Source of the DNA: Bdellovibrionales bacterium
GTDB lineage: Bacteria > Bdellovibrionota > Bdellovibrionia > Bdellovibrionales > UBA1609
Reading direction: 5' to 3'
NCBI GenBank assembly: GCA_965243065.1
Contig: CBDETO010000005.1
Location: 1,115,520-1,179,519 of the forward strand
DNA length: 64,000 nt
This document shows positions 28,452 to 35,684 of this stretch, one piece after another; position 1 is the stretch's first letter, and every line of letters begins with the position of its first letter. The translations under genes were made by a program, and so were the position numbers. A model generated the notes under the pieces. The model saw only the letters and a list, made by a program, of their open reading frames with translations, was not told the DNA's origin and did not search any database.

Positions 28452-30143
28452 TTATTCAAAAGCTTCAAAAACATCTTCTTCTTCATACGGTTCATCTTCA
28501 TCAGGAGTCATTTCTCCTGAATCTTTTTCAAAACTATCAAAACCCGCCGCATCTTCAGCCCCCACTCCCTCTTCCACATCCTCAAAAGGATCGTAACCGC
28601 TTTGGGTGGAAAGCCCCGCGCTTAGAGAAACAAGAAAATCACCTGTATGAATAGGGTGATCCATTTCCGTAATAACCCCCGTGGCAAAGCGATCTTCCGC
28701 ATAAATAATTTTTACCTCTCCTACCTTTATATCGTAACCATAAGATGCTTTCCTTTGCACACTGAGATTGGCTTTTACCTGATACATTTGCCCCACAGAC
28801 AAACCACTGCCTGAACCACGATTCAAATAAACCAGAGAGTAGGGAGAAGCCATATTTTTTACACTAGGCCCTATACTGGGAAAACCAATAATTTGAGCTT
28901 CCGCAGAACCCATCAAATCTGTGGTTTTATAATCAAATTGAATTAAATTCCTGTCTGAAACAATAGCCCTTTTAGTAATGGGACTAAAAGATTTAGTTAC
29001 TTTAGCTTCATATAAATCAAAAGAATCTGGCACTCTCCCGATAACCTCCACTTCCCCCTGCACTTCCACTTGATACCCAAAAGGCCCCCTTACCCCCCGA
29101 ATAGAAGACACTAACTTACCTTTATTATGAATGACCGCCAGTTTTTGCCCTGGATTTACCGGATCCCTCATCTCTAAAATTAGCCTCTGCCCTGTGTGAA
29201 ATCGAGACCCATACTCTTTTTGACTGGATATCACTCCCTGACCAGAAGGGGGTTCATCAGATACATAGTAGCGTAAAAAAGCCATCATAAGGTGTGTAAC
29301 ATGCCCAAAACTCATTTGAAGATCAGAGTCTCCATCCTCTGGTTTCCCGCTTATATATAAAGGAGGTAAACTGGATGGAATATTTTCCATAATCGGCAAA
29401 GTTTTATGAGAGGGAGGTACAGTAATCTTTTGCCCCTTTAAAAAATTCGGAGGGAGGGGGGGAGGAGAAGCTTTAGGTTCTGGTGTGCCCCCTAACCCCT
29501 GCACAATATTTAAAGAGGGAGGAGTACCTTCCGTACCATATATGAATCCTAAATTTCCATCAGGTTGAATAAGATGGGGGTTTGTTATAGCCGGGTTAGT
29601 GGACCACAACTTCGGCCAATAATTAGGATCACCAAAAAGCACTCGGCTGATATCCCATAAAGTGTCCTTTGACTGAATAACATACACATCTTTACCACCT
29701 ACAACCTGGCTCCATTCCTCGGCAGAAACCCTTTTACTGTAGTACCGAATATAAGTTTCATACAAATTTTGTTCATATATATCCACAACTGAGTCGGTGG
29801 AACCTTCTTCTGTTATTGCCTCATCTGGAGAAGAGCTTTCATCTACAATAGTATCTATATCATCGGTGCTCTCTAATTCTTCTTCATCGGAATCCCCATC
29901 ATCCTCGCCTGACTCTACTTTATCTGGTTCCGCTTCAGGGGTGGTTTTAGCGGAATCTGTTATGTCGCTTTCCGGTTGTAGAGACTCCAGCTCCTCTTCG
30001 TCATCCAACCACTCTATATCCTCATCATCTTCTTCCTGTGCAGCAACATAAGTAAATGAAGAGGTCAGAAAAATAAAACCGGCAGAACACAAAAAAATTA
30101 AGATGGTTTTTATGAAAATCCTTTTCAAAACATCCAACTCCAT
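28452..30143 (-). CDS. LysM-domain protein with highly acidic N- and C-terminal tracts
   Basis: Signal/TM ILIFLCSAGFIFLTSSFTYVAA. LysM-like YVIQSKDTLWDISRVLFGDPNYWPKLWSTNPAITNPHLIQPDGNL. D/E-rich tails. Confidence 0.7.
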   Translation of the reverse strand: MELDVLKRIFIKTILIFLCSAGFIFLTSSFTYVAAQEEDDEDIEWLDDEEELESLQPESDITDSAKTTPEAEPDKVESGEDDGDSDEEELESTDDIDTIVDESSSPDEAITEEGSTDSVVDIYEQNLYETYIRYYSKRVSAEEWSQVVGGKDVYVIQSKDTLWDISRVLFGDPNYWPKLWSTNPAITNPHLIQPDGNLGFIYGTEGTPPSLNIVQGLGGTPEPKASPPPLPPNFLKGQKITVPPSHKTLPIMENIPSSLPPLYISGKPEDGDSDLQMSFGHVTHLMMAFLRYYVSDEPPSGQGVISSQKEYGSRFHTGQRLILEMRDPVNPGQKLAVIHNKGKLVSSIRGVRGPFGYQVEVQGEVEVIGRVPDSFDLYEAKVTKSFSPITKRAIVSDRNLIQFDYKTTDLMGSAEAQIIGFPSIGPSVKNMASPYSLVYLNRGSGSGLSVGQMYQVKANLSVQRKASYGYDIKVGEVKIIYAEDRFATGVITEMDHPIHTGDFLVSLSAGLSTQSGYDPFEDVEEGVGAEDAAGFDSFEKDSGEMTPDEDEPYEEEDVFEAFE

Positions 30144-30306
30144 TTGTTTCAGAAATAGACAAAGCTACATCAACCAATCCAGACCGGTATAAACACAGCT
30201 TACATTAATCATAACCCCTTTTATAAAATAAAAGTAAGTCTTAAAAATGATTTTCCTTTGTTGCTCTGTAGAAAATGGCCCCATTTTTGCTACTTAATAG
30301 TTTGAA

Positions 30307-31344
30307 ATGACTATCGGCTTAATCCTTATTTTAATTATATTATGCGTTAATCCCTTCTCCCTGCTGTCCCTAATGGAACCCGGTTACCAAATGTTACACA
30401 ATGGGTGTCTAAAAAGGGTACAAATAGGGGCAGGACTATGGCCTGGAACCGGGGCAGGGGCAGGGACAGGGGCAGGGACAGGGACAGGGACAGGGGCAAA
30501 TACCCTGTTATCCGATGCCATACAAGAACCAACAGAAAACCTAAATATTCTTTATTCTGCTTTTATTTGCGGGGAAAGATTACCAGACGGAGAAATAAAA
30601 AAAACCTTTATTGCCCTAGGAATTATACACCTCACCGTCATTTCCGGTGCTCATCTTATCTTCCTGGAAAAAATCTGGAATTTACTACCTGTCTTTCGAT
30701 TTAAAAACATTCTACTAGCTTTGTTTCTCTTAACATATTCTATGAGTGCTGGCTTAAGCCCACCCATTTTAAGAGCCTTATTTTCTCTATTATTAGCCCG
30801 AATAAATAAAAAACTAAAACTCTTCTGGAGTCCTTATATACGAGTGCATATCAGTGGCCTTTTATGTTTGTTATGCCAAAATAATTGGTTTCACTCCCTA
30901 TCTTTACAGCTGAGTTGGATCGCAAGTCTAGGTATGTCCAATCACCGCCTTTCCCGATTCAAATCCTGTGTGCTCACTTTTTTACTTATCTTACCTATTG
31001 TCAGCCAATGGGGAGGTGTCCATCCTCTAAGCATCATTTTAAATTGGCTGATTACTCCCCTGGCTGCTTGTGTACTCCTTCCTCTATCCTTGTTGACTGT
31101 ACCTTTCCCGATCTTGCGCTTTTTTACAGATGAAATTTGGAAATATTTTTTATATGGAATGAATTTATTTAAACCTCTAACGGAAAACAGAAGAATAGAA
31201 TTAAGTTGGTCTCTTAGCTCTTTTCAGATATGGATCTATATTTGCATCTTTTTTATTTTACTCCATTTATATTTTGTTTATTCTATGCGTAAAGAAAGTG
31301 AAAAATCCATCGAGCAGGGGGGCAATTATACCGAATCGGTATAA
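30307..31344 (+). CDS. comEC: ComEC/Rec2 'Competence' membrane-channel domain protein (N-terminal half of a split comEC)
   Basis: FICGERLPDGEIKKTFIALGIIHLTVISGAHLIFL is the ComEC signature, followed by multiple TM helices. Contains a (GGGGCA/GGGACA)n hexamer array at about 30449-30497 encoding GTGAGAGTGAGTGTGTGA. Confidence 0.7.
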   Translation: MTIGLILILIILCVNPFSLLSLMEPGYQMLHNGCLKRVQIGAGLWPGTGAGAGTGAGTGTGTGANTLLSDAIQEPTENLNILYSAFICGERLPDGEIKKTFIALGIIHLTVISGAHLIFLEKIWNLLPVFRFKNILLALFLLTYSMSAGLSPPILRALFSLLLARINKKLKLFWSPYIRVHISGLLCLLCQNNWFHSLSLQLSWIASLGMSNHRLSRFKSCVLTFLLILPIVSQWGGVHPLSIILNWLITPLAACVLLPLSLLTVPFPILRFFTDEIWKYFLYGMNLFKPLTENRRIELSWSLSSFQIWIYICIFFILLHLYFVYSMRKESEKSIEQGGNYTESV

Positions 31345-31352
31345 AAACACTT

Positions 31353-31430
31353 CCCTTGGGGACACTTGTTCCCTTGGGGACACTTGTTCCCTTGGGGACG
31401 CTTGTTCCCTTGGGGACACTTGTTCCCTTG
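31353..31430. repeat. 18-bp tandem repeat CCCTTGGGGACACTTGTT, about 4.3 copies
   Basis: Read directly. Lies in the 152-nt gap between the two comEC halves, followed by a family-1 palindrome at 31447-31478. Confidence 0.9.
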
Positions 31431-31496
31431 AGAGAAAAAAAGAAAACCTTGTCTCTGCAAAAGCGGAGAGCGAGGATTAAACTAGTTGGGTAATAT

Positions 31497-32270
31497 ATGA
31501 AACAATACAAAACAAAATACTTAGCTACTTTTATTCTAGTTTTTCTATTTCCTATTTACAATTTTAGTCAGGATAAAAAAACAGAACTGATTATATGGTA
31601 TGTGGGCCAGGGGCAAATGGTAACTTATTCTGATATTAAAACCTGTATTCATTTTGATATGGGAGGAGAGTTTTTCCCTATAAAAAAACTGGTGAAAGAG
31701 TGTGGACAAAAAGAAAATAAGGTGTTTTTTTCTCACTGGGACTGGGACCATATTAATTTTACAAAAAGAGCTTGGAAAAGACTACCCTCTTTTTGTCGTT
31801 TAAATACCCCTGGAGGTAAAGGAACCGAAAAAAAACAAAACTTTTTATCTCTTATTCCTTTTTGTAAAAAAGCATCTCTACAGGCATCCAAAAAATTATT
31901 TAGAGAAGTGGTTTTTCCTATTGATCAAAACAAAGATAAAAATACCACCGATGCTAATAAACACAGCCGGGTGGTTATTCTAAAAAACAAAGTTCTTATT
32001 CCTGGGGATTCCCCTGGTTCCTCGGAAAAACTATGGTTCAAAAAAATTAAAGCACCTATTACAATATTAGTGGTTTCTCATCATGGCAGCAGATATTCCA
32101 CGACTCCCCAATTATTAAGGCAACTCCCTTATTTAAAACTAGCTGTAGCAAGTGCCAGAAAAAAACGTTATGGCCATCCCCATCCTCTAGTCAAAAAAAG
32201 ACTCGGTAGGAGAGGAGTATCCCTACTCAGCACAGAGGAATTTAACCACATCCACATTCCTCTGGAATGA
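31497..32270 (+). CDS. comEC: ComEC-type metallo-beta-lactamase domain protein (C-terminal half of the split comEC)
   Basis: IWYVGQGQM...HFDMGG, SHWDWDHINF, PGDS, VVSHHGSRYS and RYGHPHP are the ComEC MBL-domain motifs. Has its own N-terminal signal/TM. Confidence 0.7.
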   Translation: MKQYKTKYLATFILVFLFPIYNFSQDKKTELIIWYVGQGQMVTYSDIKTCIHFDMGGEFFPIKKLVKECGQKENKVFFSHWDWDHINFTKRAWKRLPSFCRLNTPGGKGTEKKQNFLSLIPFCKKASLQASKKLFREVVFPIDQNKDKNTTDANKHSRVVILKNKVLIPGDSPGSSEKLWFKKIKAPITILVVSHHGSRYSTTPQLLRQLPYLKLAVASARKKRYGHPHPLVKKRLGRRGVSLLSTEEFNHIHIPLE

Positions 32271-32412
32271 AGTGTTTCGTAGATGGATTTTGTCCTCCTT
32301 TTACTTGGGCGACCAACACCTTCTACCAAAGACATCCCTTATATTACTTATTAAAATAAATAACACTTTAATAAGACGAAAATCAGTCTCTCTATTTCCA
32401 TTATTTTTTACT

Positions 32413-32598
32413 CTACTTAAACAAGTTTAAGTATTCATATAAAACAAACAGCCTATTTCTTGAAAATCCTGTTATCTCTTTTAAAAAACCAAAATCCTGA
32501 AACTTATGTATTAATCTATTAACAGGATCATAATTCATTTTGAAGTGTTTAGATGCTTGAGGAATTGAAATAATTGGATTAGAAAAAAGAAATAACAA
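32413..32598 (-). pseudogene. C-terminal winged-helix fragment of a Fic-family protein
   Basis: ISIPQASKHFKMNYDPVNRLIHKFQDFGFLKEITGFSRNRLFVLYEYLNLF resembles the C-terminal wHTH of Fic/DOC proteins. No Fic core lies upstream. Confidence 0.45.
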
Positions 32599-32628
32599 TA
32601 ACTTTTTTCCAAACTCAAGTAATCAATT

Positions 32629-32901
32629 TTGTCCACACTATATAGGGGGTCGGGAGGATCTGACGGGGTGGTTTGTTTTAATAGTGATCTATTATTTAAA
32701 AGAAAGGAGCTTCAAACTTATGTTATTGTACATGAGCTTTTGCATTTAAAAATTCCTAATCATGGAAAACTCTTTCAAGCTTTGATGAATCTTTATATGC
32801 CTAATTGGAAAGCCTTAGATAAGGAGCTTAATTGTATAAAAAGGGAACTAAGTCGTGTGAATCTCCCAACTTCAGCACAACACGATGCAATAAATGAGTA
32901 A
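32629..32901 (+). pseudogene. C-terminal fragment of a YgjP-like (DUF45/M48-like) metallopeptidase
   Basis: VIVHELLHLKIPNHGKLFQALMNLYMPNWK is the HExxH...NH signature of the family. Only about 90 of roughly 230 aa are present. Confidence 0.55.
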
Positions 32902-33030
32902 TCTCATATACTTATGGTTCTCTGGTGTCACACATTTTTAGGATTATGTTAAGAAACAGGGCTTATATGGGAGTGCTGAAGTTGTAATAAAGAAATAGAT
33001 TATATTCAAAAAATATCGGATAATCAGGCT

Positions 33031-33372
33031 ATGATTCAAAAAATACCAGGCTTAAGCGATTGTAACAGTCTTTTTCTATTTATTATTATTTGTGTACAGC
33101 TTTCCTGCGTTTCTGTCCGTATTGAATTGGAACCACATTCCAAAAAATCCACTTCTTTTAACCACTACAGCCACTATATGTTTTTCGGACTGACAGGAAA
33201 TGACTCACTCAATATTAAACAAGCCTGTATGGAAGGAAAGCCTGTTTATATTCAGAATTATTTTACCTTTGAGGATTTTTTATTTGCCATAAGCACTATT
33301 GGTCTTTATTCTCCAAAAAGCACAAGAATTTGGTGTTCACTACCCCATCAAGCCTCTTCTATAAAACTATGA
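33031..33372 (+). CDS. Bor/Iss-family-like lipoprotein
   Basis: Lipobox VQLSC. HYMFFGLTG...C......F.D.L....TIGLYSPKSTRIWC matches the Bor family pattern. Confidence 0.6.
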   Translation: MIQKIPGLSDCNSLFLFIIICVQLSCVSVRIELEPHSKKSTSFNHYSHYMFFGLTGNDSLNIKQACMEGKPVYIQNYFTFEDFLFAISTIGLYSPKSTRIWCSLPHQASSIKL

Positions 33373-33752
33373 AATACTTCTACTGTATTACTTTTTTCTT
33401 ATTATTATCCTCTTGTATCACCCCTATTAACTTACACAAAGATACCTATCTTCTCTCCCCTTCTGCCTCTGAAAAAAAATGGGAGAAAACCGTACCCACC
33501 TTTCTATTTGGCCTGATTAATGCCTCAAAAACAATAAAAGCTTGGGAAAAATGTCCTACAAACTGGCACACTATCAGAATAACCAGATCTTTTTCTCACC
33601 TTATTATTTCTGTTTTAACTTTAGGGCTTTATACACCAACAAAAGTCATCATTATTTGTGACATACCCTCTGGTTCCACGGATCCATCAAATGAATTTGA
33701 GCAATTTAACGAAAGAGAAGAAACAGAGGAAATTTTAGACGAATTTTATTAA
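33369..33752 (+). CDS. Bor/Iss-family-like lipoprotein (paralogue, with an acidic C-terminal tail)
   Basis: MKYFYCITFFLLLSSC lipobox. TFLFGLIN...C......LTLGLYTPTKVIIIC. ATGA overlap with the preceding gene. Confidence 0.6.
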   Translation: MKYFYCITFFLLLSSCITPINLHKDTYLLSPSASEKKWEKTVPTFLFGLINASKTIKAWEKCPTNWHTIRITRSFSHLIISVLTLGLYTPTKVIIICDIPSGSTDPSNEFEQFNEREETEEILDEFY

Positions 33753-33829
33753 TTCCCCAACTTCAGCACAATACAAAATTCACGCAAATTAAATAGCCGA
33801 GAACAAAATCAAATCTTTTAGATTTAATA

Positions 33830-33900
33830 AGGTGGCGGCCGGAATTGAACCGACGTAAACGGATTTGCAGTCCGCTGCCTGACCACTCGGCCACGCCACC
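33830..33900 (-). tRNA. tRNA-Cys (anticodon GCA)
   Basis: The reverse complement GGTGGCG TG GCC GAGTGGTCA GGC A GCGGA CTGCAAA TCCGT TTAC GTCGG TTCAATT CCGGC CGCCACC folds as a cloverleaf with a 3-bp D stem. Confidence 0.8.
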
Positions 33901-33911
33901 AGGAGACAAAG

Positions 33912-34475
33912 CTACAACACGCCATATTTGTCTTCCGCCCTGACTTTTATGACAGCAAAATTAACTTCCTGCACACCCGCTTCCGTTAAAGTATAAAGCA
34001 CTTTCTTAATAGAAAGAAAATCTATATCCTTATCTGCCTGCAAGGTCATCTTATATTGAAGAGGCACAACATCTCCCCCAGACTCATCTTTTCTACTCAC
34101 ACTCTTATTTTCCTGATTTAATATTTCAATAGCTTCCTGGACTGACTCTAACAAGGAAACAATGAGCCAATCCTGGCTGTTCTTCACATCATTATATGTA
34201 CCCACTGGTTGTTTATTAAAGGAAAGAGAGTCTTTTGACAAAACAACAACAAAAGAAGGCTTTAACTCTTTAACTGTTGAGGCCTGAGGAAGAGCAATTT
34301 GATCAGAGATAGGTAAAATTTGATTGGTGGAGGCGTAATTTTGAAGAAGGAACACCACTAAAACAGTGAACATATCCACCATAGCCGTTAGCTGCAAGAC
34401 AGCTACCACATTTCTCTTGGTTCCTAATGCTTTTTGCCTCCCTTTCCATCTTTTTCCAGGGACATAAATAGGCAT
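33912..34475 (-). CDS. ExbD/TolR-family protein (AglQ/AglS-like motor subunit)
   Basis: The N-terminal TM with LTAMVDMFTVLVVFLL is the ExbD/TolR signature. 1-nt overlap with the upstream gene. Confidence 0.75.
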   Translation of the reverse strand: MPIYVPGKRWKGRQKALGTKRNVVAVLQLTAMVDMFTVLVVFLLQNYASTNQILPISDQIALPQASTVKELKPSFVVVLSKDSLSFNKQPVGTYNDVKNSQDWLIVSLLESVQEAIEILNQENKSVSRKDESGGDVVPLQYKMTLQADKDIDFLSIKKVLYTLTEAGVQEVNFAVIKVRAEDKYGVL

Positions 34476-34951
34476 CAGAGCATCTCCCCTGTGGCAATCA
34501 CCACTTCTGGAAAACCCCCATTTAACAAGGCATCCATCGCAGCGACAACATACTCATATTTTACGGTATCACGAGAAGCCACTATCACATCTTTTTTTTC
34601 CGGGTAAATATCTTTTATTTTTTTAACTTCTTTTAATAAAGCTTTTTCATTATACTTATTCCCCTTTTTAGGGATTTCAATTTTCTCCCTTCCAATCATA
34701 ATATTGAATCCAGTTTCCAAGACATTTACACGAAACGGGATATTGGCATAAGGAGGAGGCTCTTCTAAAGAGCTGGCTTCTGTCTTTTTAGCATATAAAG
34801 AACTACCTAGTTGAATCATGGAAATTTGAGTCCACACCGCCGTGATGAGCAAAAATATAATACACACACTCATTAAATCAATAAAAGGAACAAGATTTAA
34901 CTCCACCGCTATATTCTTCTTATCACCACCCATTTCCTCTACATGAGCCAT
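34475..34951 (-). CDS. ExbD/TolR-family protein (AglQ/AglS-like motor subunit)
   Basis: ELNLVPFIDLMSVCIIFLL signature. Size 158 aa. Confidence 0.8.
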   Translation of the reverse strand: MAHVEEMGGDKKNIAVELNLVPFIDLMSVCIIFLLITAVWTQISMIQLGSSLYAKKTEASSLEEPPPYANIPFRVNVLETGFNIMIGREKIEIPKKGNKYNEKALLKEVKKIKDIYPEKKDVIVASRDTVKYEYVVAAMDALLNGGFPEVVIATGEML

Positions 34952-34976
34952 AGCTATTCTCTCCTAATATTTATTA

Positions 34977-35669
34977 TTATTTATTCTGGGCATAAATTTT
35001 ATCCCTATTGGAAACAACACAGTTCATTAAGTTCATTGAGCTTTCCAGCAGGTGGTTTGTAGCGCGCCCAATCCGAATCTGAAAAAAACCATAAGCTACA
35101 ATAGCAATAATGGCGACAGCCAAACCAAAAGCAGTGCAATTAAGAGCTTCAGAAATACCCTTAGATAGAACCGCCGCCTTAGTAGCCGCATCCACTTCAG
35201 CCACACCACCAAAGGATTTAATTAAACCAATAATGGTCCCCAATAAGCCAATCAAAACACTGACATTCCCAAAAACAGCCAGAAAAGAGGCCCACCCTTC
35301 CAATCGGGGGGTTTCTCGTAACACAGCCGCATCCATCGCTACTTGCACTTCCTCATCCGGCCTTTTATTCATAACCTGCACCAATCCGGCTTTTAAAGTA
35401 TTTGTAAGTGGGGCCGGTGTGGTATCACAAAAGCCAATAGCCTGCCGAACATTACCCTGAAGTAGTAGGCCAAATAAATTTTCACTCACATTATCTTTAT
35501 CCAGAACCAAAGACCTCAGACTTAAGAACCTCTCAATAATCAAAAAGATAACTAAGAAGCCCACTCCAGCAATAAAGTACATGGCAAAACCACCTTCACA
35601 AAAAGCCTTACTGATAAAGTGACCACTAGATTCACACTTATGTAACATTTCTAAAGTTTGTTCTTCCAA
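34977..35669 (-). CDS. MotA/TolQ/ExbB-family proton channel (AglR-like)
   Basis: Three TM helices. The C-terminal half (LAVFGNVSVLIGLLGTIIGLI.SF......ISEALNCTAFGLAVAIIA) is the family signature. Confidence 0.85.
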   Translation of the reverse strand: MEEQTLEMLHKCESSGHFISKAFCEGGFAMYFIAGVGFLVIFLIIERFLSLRSLVLDKDNVSENLFGLLLQGNVRQAIGFCDTTPAPLTNTLKAGLVQVMNKRPDEEVQVAMDAAVLRETPRLEGWASFLAVFGNVSVLIGLLGTIIGLIKSFGGVAEVDAATKAAVLSKGISEALNCTAFGLAVAIIAIVAYGFFQIRIGRATNHLLESSMNLMNCVVSNRDKIYAQNK

Positions 35670-35684
35670 GATGACACCTCCTGT

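Noticed and set aside
29797-30051. Ser-rich plus-strand ORF (and the analogous ORF at 61140-61547)
   Set aside because: Both are antisense to Asp/Glu-rich tracts (GAA/GAT read backwards gives TTC/ATC, and so on) of the LysM protein and PilQ. They are low-complexity artefacts.
31353-31430. Possible CRISPR array (also considered for 37555-38105)
   Set aside because: The repeats are directly abutting with no unique spacers. The units are 18 or 42 nt tandem copies, one array is clearly coding, and no cas genes are in the window.
33912-35669. Interpretation as a Tol-Pal or ExbBD-TonB uptake system
   Set aside because: No tolA, tolB, pal or TonB-dependent receptor is adjacent. Instead the genes are fused into an operon with FHA/AgmX-C, TPR and paired OM-barrel genes, which is the Agl-Glt arrangement.
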